The notes under the pieces were generated by a model that made no database searches, was not told the origin of the DNA, and worked only from the letters and a program-made list of their open reading frames with translations. Below are positions 8,596 to 18,165 of a stretch of 64,000 bases of DNA, piece by piece (the first letter of the stretch is position 1; every line of letters starts with the position of its first letter). The stretch lies in assembly GCA_964633505.1 (NCBI GenBank), contig CAZWHC010000002.1, forward strand, positions 55,002 to 119,001, given 5' to 3'. This DNA comes from an uncultured Rikenellaceae bacterium. GTDB taxonomy: Bacteria; Bacteroidota; Bacteroidia; Bacteroidales; VadinHA17. Position numbers and translations under genes: made by a program.

Positions 8596-10578
8596 TTAAT
8601 TCAATTCCTCAAATCCAATTGTTCTCAAGTATTCAAAAATAGGATCATAAAAAGAAGAATTACGTGTTGGATCATCTTCGCTTCCAAAGGGAACTACTAT
8701 TACCATTCCCTGTCGAGCACGGGTTAGCAAAACTCGATAAGCATTTTTTAAATATGCCTGTCTTTCAGCCTTTCTAATTTGATTCCATCGGTCACCAACA
8801 AAAGACCTGTACTCCCAACCATTTGAGGAATATCTGAAATCTGCATCCCAGGTAACACAAACCCAATCAAGTTCCAAACCTTGAATATCGAATTCTGTTG
8901 CAACAGACTCGAGATAAAAGGATGACCGTACATCTTGCTTTCCATCAAGAAACCAATGTATTGGATCCATCGGAGATCTAACATCAATTGAGTGAGGTTT
9001 TAATCGTTCTGCTTGGGAAGACACAACAATTCCAAAACGTTCTGTTCCTCTTGCTTGTTTTTTTAACCACTGCTTAGCCTTTTTAAGTTCGCGGGTTATA
9101 ACAATTGGGTATTTTGATTTTACCTTGTTAAGTGTTTTTCGTGCCTCCTCTATCTCAAGATCGAGTAATTGTTTTACAAGTAGTGATACATTTTCTGCCC
9201 TAAATGAACGCATAGATACAGAAAGGTGTAAGTTTTCATCATAGAATACATTTGGCCTGTTTGATAAATCTTTGAGAATTTCTCCGGCTCCGTACTCACT
9301 ATCAGTCAACCTTGGGGAAATGTAAATGTGCCAATCTGGAAATGATCGATTAAGAGATTCAATCCACTCACCTATTCCAGCCTCTCCTGTATTAATTTCT
9401 TGTCCCCCACCTACTAAACATACGATCACAGCCCAATCTTTATGTCGGTCAAGACAGGAAATTAAGAATTCAGGTTCAGACTTCATAAATCCCGGGAAAT
9501 CTTTTTTCCTAAGCATGAAATTGGCTGTTTGTTCAAGGTTCCAAGCACGCTGACTTTCATCAAAAAGTGCTATATGTTCGATTGGGGGAGCATCTATATC
9601 CTTAAGACAGTCATCCCTGAAATTATGGACATTCTGAATAAATAGTTTAACTTCCCTGAAAGCATCACCTTTTCTTTGTTTTATCCCAACTTCTTTACCA
9701 TGATTAACCTTATCCCTCGCGAGAGCCTCACGGAGAATGTTAACAAGTGGACCATTTCCAGATAAAAACACACTGTAAAGTTCAGATGACTTATCTATAT
9801 GGGTTGTAGCTATATTTAGTCCTACCAGGGTTTTACCTGCACCAGGAACGCCGGTTAAGAAACATATTGATTTATGCTTTTCGTTTTTAGAAATTTGTAT
9901 AATAGATGCAATTTCGTCTGAAGTTGTACTCAAATTAATTGCACTAGCATCACTTCTGGATATTTCTGAAACAGAGTGACCACTGTAAAGTGCCATCGCT
10001 GCTTCTATAATAGTCGGTGTGGGACTGTACCTTCCATTTTCCCAAATGGTCTTATCTATTACATTCTCTTCTTCATTTATTAGTAACACTTTATCAATAA
10101 CATTGCTAATGAGATCCTTATTACATTTGATTGGACTTAGAAGCTTATCATCATATGATGTAAAAGATATTAATGTTTCAGAAAGTTTAGCCTCAGTGGA
10201 AATCAGAACAGGAGCTATGTATTTATCATGACTCGTCTCATGGAAGTTTTTCAAGTCAAGTGCATAATCCCAAACCTGGTCGATAGCATGCATTGGAAAT
10301 TCACGTTCACCAACTTTAAATTCAAGAATGAAAATTACAGATTGTATTAAGAGCACTACATCAATTCTTTGACCCATTCGAGGTATAGAATATTCAAAAT
10401 AAATTCCACCGCTATATTTTGAAAGAACACTTTGTAAGATTCTAATCTCTTCTCTCCAAGCACTTTTCTGACCTAGTTCATCAGCGAATTTGCTCAATAT
10501 AGCCATTTGCCCAATAATTTCTTCAGGTTTAGTTACATTGAAGTTATCAATAGTATCGCTATAATAAGAACGGTTCAT
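8596..10578 (-). CDS. DUF2075-domain (Schlafen group 3-like) SF1 helicase with N-terminal PD-(D/E)xK-like domain, paralog 2
   Basis: RIDVVLL...LEFK nuclease-like motif; Walker A GVPGAGKT; FDESQR; QGLELDW; [13 protein letters not shown]. Confidence 0.88.
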   Translation of the reverse strand: MNRSYYSDTIDNFNVTKPEEIIGQMAILSKFADELGQKSAWREEIRILQSVLSKYSGGIYFEYSIPRMGQRIDVVLLIQSVIFILEFKVGEREFPMHAIDQVWDYALDLKNFHETSHDKYIAPVLISTEAKLSETLISFTSYDDKLLSPIKCNKDLISNVIDKVLLINEEENVIDKTIWENGRYSPTPTIIEAAMALYSGHSVSEISRSDASAINLSTTSDEIASIIQISKNEKHKSICFLTGVPGAGKTLVGLNIATTHIDKSSELYSVFLSGNGPLVNILREALARDKVNHGKEVGIKQRKGDAFREVKLFIQNVHNFRDDCLKDIDAPPIEHIALFDESQRAWNLEQTANFMLRKKDFPGFMKSEPEFLISCLDRHKDWAVIVCLVGGGQEINTGEAGIGEWIESLNRSFPDWHIYISPRLTDSEYGAGEILKDLSNRPNVFYDENLHLSVSMRSFRAENVSLLVKQLLDLEIEEARKTLNKVKSKYPIVITRELKKAKQWLKKQARGTERFGIVVSSQAERLKPHSIDVRSPMDPIHWFLDGKQDVRSSFYLESVATEFDIQGLELDWVCVTWDADFRYSSNGWEYRSFVGDRWNQIRKAERQAYLKNAYRVLLTRARQGMVIVVPFGSEDDPTRNSSFYDPIFEYLRTIGFEELN

Positions 10579-10648
10579 TCAATCTGTTCTTGGGTTGAAA
10601 TTTTATATAAATTCTGATTAGAAGACTTTTTTAATATCTTTTACAAAT

Positions 10649-12529
10649 TTACATTTCCATCCTCTCTTTAAAATACTTTTCAGTCTGTTTATCAGTGAAA
10701 TAAACATAGCACCCTTTCATTCCCCTGCTAAGAAGTGTCCGGTATATATTCTTGACATGCTTTTCGAAATTATCTACACTTCTTTTCAGCATCGGGTCTT
10801 TGGTGGCAGTTATATCTGCCGACAATTTTCCGGAAGTATTATCAACACACAAATCATTACCAATTATCACTCCAATATAATCGAACTCAAATCCCTGGGC
10901 AGTATAAATACAACCTACCTGTTTAATTCCTTCCGGGCGATACGCCCACTCATACCACCTGACATAACCTTTTGGGATTGAGGTTATTTTATCATGTGTC
11001 TCCCATGGCATTGCAAAATCCCCGATCTTCACATCTTTAATAAGTTCACCATTACTATTTGTTTTACTGCTCCATGGCCAGCAGAATCCGGCAACCATCC
11101 TTGCAGAGTTTGGTTTCTCTTTCTCTTTTTCATTAAGGAGATCCATTATCTCCTGCGGTGAGGAAAAAATCCTGAAATCGAACTGGTCCTCTTTCCTGAA
11201 AGTCCTCACCTCATCAGTGTATCCAAGAACCGATTCGATCCATAACAAGTAATCGTTAGACCCCATGCACCTGTATTGAGTTTCCAGAGTAACCTCATGA
11301 ATACCTGCATTAAATTTTGCTGCAGCCTCTCTTATAAGACTTGAACTTCCAACCTCTGATGAACGTACATTCTGCCTGTCATCGATGAAGAAAACAGTTG
11401 TTTTAGCACACCTAACCAGCTGCTCCATCTGTGGCATATCTGTCCTGTCTTCCGGTTTAGTGTACTGATGGTTACTATTTTTTTCTATCCTGTGAGCTTC
11501 ATCAATAAGAAGTATATCAAATTCATTTTCCTTTGTCCTGCTGGGGATGAAACGGTAGAGATTTGAGAACATTATTTCTCCCCCCCTGCCGACCAGCTTT
11601 TGTAGTCCGGATGTGAACGGTTTTGATTTGCATCCGTAGAGAACATTCTTTTTCCTGATTGCAGCTTCGGCAAGTATATTCAGTGCGATAACTGATTTGC
11701 CTGTGCCAGGTCCGCCATGAACAATAATAACAGATTTTTCATTCTTTTTTGCCGACATCCTGTACCTTGCCCAGATGAGGTTCTTGGCAACAAGCTGCTC
11801 GTTAAGTAATGAGAACACGACATCATTTTTAATGATCCTGTGCACATTCTCAAGCAACTTCTTTGAAGGATGCAGACGGCTCTGCATAAACCGGTTAAAT
11901 ATCTCAAACCCGGAACCGTTTTCAAGAAGTTCTCTGATCCGGTTCCCAAGTAACTTTGTGTCTTCTTTAGTAAAGAGAGGAAATTCTGCTATCAGATCTT
12001 TGTAAACCGGACTGTGAAGACCCTTCCCTTCTGTTCTTGAGTAGTTATGACAATAGGCACAACTGAAAAGTGAGAGAGTCGGTTTTTTCTCAAACTCTTC
12101 AACAAATCCTTTCATGTAATTGTGATAACCCTTTACTTGCTGTGATGGGTGAGGCACAATCCGTTCCCTGCCACCGGTATAAGTTTCAACAAAGTTACCC
12201 TCCTCTACCAATTCCTTTACATTTGACCACTGTTTGAGTTCAATGAGGATAACATTTGAAATGTCGTTTGTCCCTTTTCCGAAAAGCAGGCAATCGAGAC
12301 GGCTCTGATTATATGGTACTTCATATTCGAGAGCAACAAAAGTGTCGTGTATTTTACCCAGTTCCAGCAGATCCCTCACTCTCGAAAGACTGTTTTGCCA
12401 GGATACAAATTCAGGAATACCGGGATCCTTACCAAGCCTTGCTTTATAGTTATCGGTCATGATATCAGAGATGGTATTTTCCCTGACATCATCTATAAAC
12501 CTTTCGGAAGGTGCCTGGTAGATCAGCAT
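10649..12529 (-). CDS. DUF2075-domain (Schlafen group 3-like) SF1 helicase with N-terminal PD-(D/E)xK-like domain, paralog 1
   Basis: RLDCLL...IELKQW; Walker A GGPGTGKS; IDEAHR; GCIYTAQGFEFDY; NIYRTLLSRGMKG. Confidence 0.9.
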   Translation of the reverse strand: MLIYQAPSERFIDDVRENTISDIMTDNYKARLGKDPGIPEFVSWQNSLSRVRDLLELGKIHDTFVALEYEVPYNQSRLDCLLFGKGTNDISNVILIELKQWSNVKELVEEGNFVETYTGGRERIVPHPSQQVKGYHNYMKGFVEEFEKKPTLSLFSCAYCHNYSRTEGKGLHSPVYKDLIAEFPLFTKEDTKLLGNRIRELLENGSGFEIFNRFMQSRLHPSKKLLENVHRIIKNDVVFSLLNEQLVAKNLIWARYRMSAKKNEKSVIIVHGGPGTGKSVIALNILAEAAIRKKNVLYGCKSKPFTSGLQKLVGRGGEIMFSNLYRFIPSRTKENEFDILLIDEAHRIEKNSNHQYTKPEDRTDMPQMEQLVRCAKTTVFFIDDRQNVRSSEVGSSSLIREAAAKFNAGIHEVTLETQYRCMGSNDYLLWIESVLGYTDEVRTFRKEDQFDFRIFSSPQEIMDLLNEKEKEKPNSARMVAGFCWPWSSKTNSNGELIKDVKIGDFAMPWETHDKITSIPKGYVRWYEWAYRPEGIKQVGCIYTAQGFEFDYIGVIIGNDLCVDNTSGKLSADITATKDPMLKRSVDNFEKHVKNIYRTLLSRGMKGCYVYFTDKQTEKYFKERMEM

Positions 12530-12532
12530 TGG

Positions 12533-12871
12533 CTATAGTTCGTTGTATTTTTTCGCACTTCCCTTTGATTTCTCGACAGGGTATTTCTCATTATTCTTCC
12601 TGATCTTTTCAAGAACTATCTCCTTTAGGTCAAAACCATGTTTTTCTACCAGTAAAAGACTGAATGCAAGTACATCAGCGAGTTCTTCCTTCAGTTTATT
12701 CTTGTCAACAAGTTCCGATTCCTCAGTTGTTTTCCAGAGGAACAGTTCATTTAACTCTGCGGCCTCAATTGAAATTGCAAGGGCAAGGTCCTTTGAATTA
12801 TGGAATTGTTCCCAGTGTCTGGCATCACGGAACTTAGTCAACTCATCTATAAGTATTTGAAACTCATTCAT
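12533..12871 (-). CDS. MazG-like nucleotide pyrophosphohydrolase
   Basis: FRDARHWEQFHNSKDLALAISIEAAELNELF, EELADVL, NNEKYPVEKSKG. Confidence 0.92.
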   Translation of the reverse strand: MNEFQILIDELTKFRDARHWEQFHNSKDLALAISIEAAELNELFLWKTTEESELVDKNKLKEELADVLAFSLLLVEKHGFDLKEIVLEKIRKNNEKYPVEKSKGSAKKYNEL

Positions 12872-12994
12872 TGCAAAAGTATTTGAACCACTAATTTATT
12901 GAATTTATCATGGAAAGTTGCCTGAATTAATACTATATGGACAACTTATGAATAAAATATTCAACTATCTTGTTGTTTGACAGTATTTTATTCT

Positions 12995-13520
12995 TTGCAT
13001 AAAGATATCACGGTAATATGTATCAATTTTGTAATTAAGGGAATCAAATCCCTATTTTTGAGCAGCTTTAGCTGTTGTTCCACTACCGGCAAAAGGATCA
13101 ATTATTAACTGATTTGGTGCTGTAGTTGTCAGAACAATTCTTTCTATCAATAATTCCGGAATTTAGCATGGATGGTTAGTTTTCTCTTTGCTGACATTCT
13201 TTACCTGGTTTATTTCCCGCCAGTCATAAAGTTTTGTTCCAGTTTTGCCTTATGTTATTCTTTGTTAGATTCGTTTATCATTCAGATTTTTATATTCCTG
13301 TCGAACTTTTCGGAAATCAGGCTTACATCCCCACCAACTGATTAACCGGCTTTGTATACCTGTTTTGGAATTATACACCCAGCATACAATCTGTTCGTAT
13401 TTCTCATTAAATGCTTTTGGAATCAAATGATTTCTTAATGTTTCTAATTTGAAATCTTCTGAAACAGCTTATAGATAAAGAGTTACAGAGCAGGGTTGTT
13501 TAAATAAGAAAATATTAGGG
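12995..13520 (-). pseudogene. beta-class (N4/N6) DNA methyltransferase pseudogene, not in the ORF track
   Basis: Manual translation gives ...CWVYNSKTGIQSRLISWWGCKPDFRKV...KRI*QRIT*GKTGTKLYDWREINQVKNVSKEKTNHPC*IPELLIERIV...IIDPFAGSGTTAKAAQK*G; motif I at 13073-13099; at least 4 in-frame stops; boundaries approximate. Confidence 0.85.
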
Positions 13521-13559
13521 AAAATATGCAATCCAGGTTCTGGTAAAATGAAACACTAG

Positions 13560-14486
13560 TCAACTTCCATTAAAGAGTAATGTCTCAAGCTTTGAAAGCA
13601 ACTCTTTGTGTTTGCCGGGATTGGATTTAATCAGATTTTGAAGATTCAGAAGTTTCCATTGGACAGCAGACATATCCTTAAGTCCTTTAACTGGAAACTG
13701 ATCCCAATCAGGTTCCCCACGTTTAAAACTCAGTAAAAAGAAGCGGTCCGCACCGGTTAGACTTGAATTTACTGTCTCGATAAGTTTTTCACGGGTATTC
13801 TCAAAATCTTCATATGTAAAAGCAATGTCAGACATTCCCTGAAACTGGTTATCAAATACTGTCCGCTGATCCAGAAGATGAGGTTGCAGAACCTCGTGCA
13901 TTGTACGCATATGGCTAACAAGAGCTTGAATGAAACCGTATTTTACATTTTCATTATAACCAGATTCCTGAAATAATAAATACACATCAAATAGATCCCT
14001 TGGATGTTGCCGATCAAGTGCGGCACATATTTTTCCACCAAATAGTTCTGCTTCTGATACTACCTGAATTGCAGCAAACTTTTTGAATCTTTCCTGCACA
14101 TTTTCATTTACCTGAAGTAATCTTACTGGATGCAAATGGCCTCTTGTTATGGTATTAACTTCGACTTTTATTTGTGCACTCTGAGATTGGACTAACAATT
14201 TGATATCATTTCCTTCAATTGTATGATTGTTTACAGTAATTCCATGAATTGATTTCGTTATTCGTTCCCTTATTCGGCCAAGTGAATCAGAAATATTGGT
14301 CAGGGCGGTTTCCCTGTTATCAAATGGCAGGTAAGTGAGGTCGATATCGACCGATAAGCGGGGCATATTCCGTAAGAAAAGATTTATGGCAGTTCCACCC
14401 TTCAACGCAAGAGTCTTCTCGGTTGCTATGTGGGGTATCACTTGCAGAAGCAGATCAGCCTGATTTAAATAAGATTGATTGATCAT
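13560..14486 (-). CDS. type IV TA toxin, nucleotidyltransferase AbiEii/AbiGii family
   Basis: LKGGTAINLF..MPRLSVDIDL, GKICAALDRQHPRDLFD. Confidence 0.93.
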   Translation of the reverse strand: MINQSYLNQADLLLQVIPHIATEKTLALKGGTAINLFLRNMPRLSVDIDLTYLPFDNRETALTNISDSLGRIRERITKSIHGITVNNHTIEGNDIKLLVQSQSAQIKVEVNTITRGHLHPVRLLQVNENVQERFKKFAAIQVVSEAELFGGKICAALDRQHPRDLFDVYLLFQESGYNENVKYGFIQALVSHMRTMHEVLQPHLLDQRTVFDNQFQGMSDIAFTYEDFENTREKLIETVNSSLTGADRFFLLSFKRGEPDWDQFPVKGLKDMSAVQWKLLNLQNLIKSNPGKHKELLSKLETLLFNGS

Positions 14487-15250
14487 TATACCGTTATTTC
14501 TTTGGGTACTGATATTTTGTATTTTGATATATAAATTCCCCCTTTTACAATTACTCTGTCACCGGTTCCTAATTCTATCCTGGTTTGATCAACAAAATCA
14601 AGCCATTGATGTCTGGCTTTAGAAGCCATAAATAGAAAAAGCCGTTTTACTTTTATGGAACTGCAGTTTTCAAGCAATTCCTGCAGGACTTTTGGGCGAA
14701 GATTTACAAGACCTTCAAGTATTTGATATCCTTCCATCATTTCGAACCGATCAGGAGCCAGGTACAAACATTCAAGTATTGCACGTTCAGGGCATGATAA
14801 TTGAAGTTTCAGGCCATCTCGAGAATATTCAAACAAAGCTGAGTTTGCAGGAAGGAACTTAGTTTTTACATGTATTATCTGGGTGCTCCATTCCTGGTTG
14901 AGAAACCACTTTGGCAGTTTAACATATTGTGGTGAAAACAGATAGAGTGGTTCCTTCTCCATCCTTACATAATGGGATAATCCTTGAAGAGATATGGATG
15001 TTAAACCACCAACATGTACTTGCAATTCTGTTTGTCTTTGTAAGGAGTTCAAGGCTCCTGTCCATTTTACATTTTCATTTGGACGTTTGAATGCTCCGAT
15101 TCCATATGATTCAAGCCAGCCGCTTTTCAGATAATATTGTTGCAGATCTCTGGAGAAACCATTTTTCTCAAGCCAGGATGCAAGAAGTACTGTTCCAGGA
15201 ATATGGCTGGACAGGAGACTCATTAATTTTTTATCATTATTAGTAGTCAT
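14486..15250 (-). CDS. type IV TA antitoxin, AbiEi family
   Basis: VHVGGLTSISLQGLSHY, SCPERAILE, LRPKVLQELLENCSSIKVKRLFL; stop overlaps the toxin start. Confidence 0.92.
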   Translation of the reverse strand: MTTNNDKKLMSLLSSHIPGTVLLASWLEKNGFSRDLQQYYLKSGWLESYGIGAFKRPNENVKWTGALNSLQRQTELQVHVGGLTSISLQGLSHYVRMEKEPLYLFSPQYVKLPKWFLNQEWSTQIIHVKTKFLPANSALFEYSRDGLKLQLSCPERAILECLYLAPDRFEMMEGYQILEGLVNLRPKVLQELLENCSSIKVKRLFLFMASKARHQWLDFVDQTRIELGTGDRVIVKGGIYISKYKISVPKEITV

Positions 15251-15399
15251 ACTCCCAAAATTAGAACATTTTTAATGATAAACAAACTTTATAACACCAT
15301 TTAACATTAAATATTATGCAATATAGGTAGTAATACTAATAATATTGGAAAATATTTAATGAATATATCTTAGAGTTGTGATACTTCTATTGGGGTAAA

Positions 15400-16010
15400 T
15401 TAATTAGAACCGAACCCAGTTATACTATCCACTGGATTTGTTCTGGTATTACTATACAAATCGTAATCAAGAATCAATAAAACCATTTCATCCAGTATTT
15501 CTCCAGGTTCATATTGGTCAGATGCACTGACGAATATGAATCCATCATTGACTTTAATTTTGCCATGAAAACACTTGTCGAATCCGGCATTACCTTTCCC
15601 GGCTTTGGCCAAAAAAATCTCAGTGAACTCAATTACTATATTTTCTGCCTGCAGAGGTGAACAATCGAATATTTTGAAGGACTCAATTAGGAAAAATTCA
15701 CATGAAGCCGTGCAATAACAAAGAGTGAAAAGGACAGGATAAGACAACAGATTTTGTTGTGCCAGGTAAAGGCTGTTTAATATTCTGCCTGTTCTTCCTT
15801 TACCATCACCAAAAGGGTAAATCGATTAAAATTGATAATGAAGAAGTGCCAGCTTAATAATCGGATCAAGTTTACAAAAGTCAGATTCGTTTATAAATAG
15901 CTCAAGATGTTTAAGTTTCTCTCTTATAACAACTTCACAGCATGGTGGAGTATAAGTCTCACAAAGTCCCTTAAGTTCTCCCAAACTCCTGGCATTTTTG
16001 GTTTTTTCGT
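15400..16010 (-). pseudogene. decayed Fic-family protein (internal deletion, stop, eroded active site) fused in frame to an unrelated fragment
   Basis: One frame reads NARSLGELKGLCET-YTPPCCEVVIREKL...HYQF*SIYPFGDGKGRTGRILN...LSYPVLF (Fic motif HPFxDGNGRxGR degenerate, 15784-15840) and continues into ORF 15400-15747. Confidence 0.8.
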
Positions 16011-16141
16011 ATATTTTTCATAAGTTTGAATTGAAACTCTCGCTGGGTTAAATTGAAACGTCCTTTTTAACTTCTGGATTGGAAATCACAATGATGATAT
16101 CCATTTCTTCATGATTATTAATTTGCCTAAATTAAGAAAGT

Positions 16142-16624
16142 ATGTGGAAACCAATTTCAATTGATCGGTATGTAAAAATTCATTTGAGGAAATATCCGAA
16201 TGAAAATGAAAAGACACTTAGAATGCGGATTGATGCTGCGCTGGACTACTATAAAAACGGTATAAAATGCCAATGCGGAAAAGATATCTGGATTGTTGGT
16301 TCGACGGCTGCTCCTTTTGGTTGCTTCACCTGTATTACAGGGAAAGATCATCCTCGAGGTGATTATGAAATTGATACAGCTCTTGACAAGAGAGATAAGG
16401 AAGGAAGGAGGCATATTGATGAGATGGATCCGCGGCATATTGCCGGAATATTCGATGACGATGGATATGAGATCAGGAAGGAAACCATCAAGATGCAGCC
16501 ACTCTGTTTAACATGCATAAAAAATAACAGTGATGATTGGGAAGATGAAGTTTTATGTAATCTGAACCGAAATGATCAGGCTGATGAGAAAGAGTTCAAA
16601 TGTGGGGAATATAAGAAATTGTAA
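16142..16624 (+). CDS. hypothetical Cys-rich (putative Zn-binding) protein
   Basis: 160 aa; CQC, CFTC, CLTC and further Cys residues. Confidence 0.7.
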   Translation: MWKPISIDRYVKIHLRKYPNENEKTLRMRIDAALDYYKNGIKCQCGKDIWIVGSTAAPFGCFTCITGKDHPRGDYEIDTALDKRDKEGRRHIDEMDPRHIAGIFDDDGYEIRKETIKMQPLCLTCIKNNSDDWEDEVLCNLNRNDQADEKEFKCGEYKKL

Positions 16625-16651
16625 CTTATAAGGGAAATCATTATATCATAG

Positions 16652-16748
16652 CTTCTTATTCCGACTGATAAAGATCAAATGGCCCTTGTAAATCAAATAT
16701 TTACAATGCTATTTTCATTAGTAGTACAAAAAATAGTACAAAGATCTT
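16652..16748 (+). repeat. degenerate att core plus element-end sequence copy 2
   Basis: CTTCTTATTCCGAC (degenerate CTTCTCACCCCGAC) at 16652-16665, followed by AAATGGCCCTTGTAAATCAAATATTTACA...TAGTACAAAAAATAGTACAAAGATCTTT matching 7561-7632. Confidence 0.75.
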
Positions 16749-16880
16749 TTTCAGATTTCAATAAATAAGACCAGTCGCTAATAATCCATTGAAAATTAGT
16801 ATGTATGGAAATGAAAAAAAGAACAAAGTTTTTGTTTTTATTTCTGTAATGCATTATATTTGGTGCATAATAGAAATAAA

Positions 16881-17498
16881 ATGAATTTCATTGAATTCCG
16901 AAACAAGTTTCTATCCCTGGCATGCTTTACAACAAACCAGGTGTATGCAGCCTATCCGGATTTTAACAGGAACAATCTGGTACACTGGGTAAGGAAGGGC
17001 TACCTGATCAGGCTTCGACAAGGTTTTTATACCTTCCCTGAATATAAGGAATCAACAGACTTTATGCTCTATTTTGCTAACATTATATACAAGCCCTCTT
17101 ACATATCGTTACAAACAGCTTTATCTTTCTATGGAATTATCCCTGAGGCTGTACCAGAGGTAACAAGTGTGACAACCCTAAAGACAAACACATTCAGCAA
17201 TGTTTTCGGTGTGTATTCATATAAGAATGTCAAGCCTGATTTGATGTTCGGATATGATCTGAGGGAGATGGAAGGAGGTAGAAGGGTCATGTTTGCCACC
17301 CCTGAAAAGGCATTAGCAGACCTGCTCTATCTGTATCCATTTTATAATACAGAACGTGAACTTGCAGAATTGCGTCTTGATGAATCATATATGGAGGATG
17401 ACTTTAATACAGAGCGATTTATGGAATTTTCTTACCGTATTGGCAGCAAAGCACTTCTGAATCGCATTAATTTGCTTAGAAAAGTCCATAACCTTTAA
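16881..17498 (+). CDS. AbiEi-like antitoxin / transcriptional regulator (COG5340-like), no adjacent toxin
   Basis: N-terminal wHTH (GYLIRLRQGFY), IYKPSYISLQTALSFYGIIPE, ATPEKALADLLY; likely ATG at 16881. Confidence 0.85.
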   Translation: MNFIEFRNKFLSLACFTTNQVYAAYPDFNRNNLVHWVRKGYLIRLRQGFYTFPEYKESTDFMLYFANIIYKPSYISLQTALSFYGIIPEAVPEVTSVTTLKTNTFSNVFGVYSYKNVKPDLMFGYDLREMEGGRRVMFATPEKALADLLYLYPFYNTERELAELRLDESYMEDDFNTERFMEFSYRIGSKALLNRINLLRKVHNL

Positions 17499-17524
17499 TA
17501 AAATCCATATGATAGACCTGAACA

Positions 17525-18022
17525 ATGAACTCAGATGACGATGACGAAATTATTGAGCCGGAAAAGATTCCTATATTCCGGAAAGGAGAGGAAATATATG
17601 ACCTTGTAACCAGGATTACCGATCTTATACCTGAGGATAACGAACACCTGATGTTTGTAAAATCATGTATGCTGGACGACGCCGTACAGCTGACTGTAAA
17701 AGTAGCAGGTGCTGAGGCAGCTGGATTGTATGATCTTAAAATGGAAAATGCTGCCTTAATACGTAAAGCTGCGCGCGACCTGATGGTGCAACAACATTCG
17801 CTCGATATGTTTGGTTTTGAAAATGTGGAATATTATCAAATGGTAAGAAACCTTATTGAAGAATACAGGTTGCTGTTTATTGACTGGGTTGCAGGATTTG
17901 ATAAATGGGATTATATAATAGACCGGTGGGGCCTTTTTAATCCTCCTGGTGTTGGCCCTTTCGACAAAGACCCTGATGATGATATACCGTTTCATGGTTT
18001 CGAAGAAGACCCCGAAGATTGA
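17525..18022 (+). CDS. conserved helical hypothetical protein with acidic termini
   Basis: 165-aa ORF; GAEAAGLYDLKMENA..IRKAAR pattern. Confidence 0.75.
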   Translation: MNSDDDDEIIEPEKIPIFRKGEEIYDLVTRITDLIPEDNEHLMFVKSCMLDDAVQLTVKVAGAEAAGLYDLKMENAALIRKAARDLMVQQHSLDMFGFENVEYYQMVRNLIEEYRLLFIDWVAGFDKWDYIIDRWGLFNPPGVGPFDKDPDDDIPFHGFEEDPED

Positions 18023-18165
18023 AAAGCAGCAAATAACGATCCAGGTCGTTGTATTGTGATAAAAGGAGTTGAAGAAAAAAATATCAGACCTCCTTACTTA
18101 ACTCCAACCTGCTGATTCCCATTTAGAAAATATATCCATGATCGAAATATTTCTTAATTTCACAC

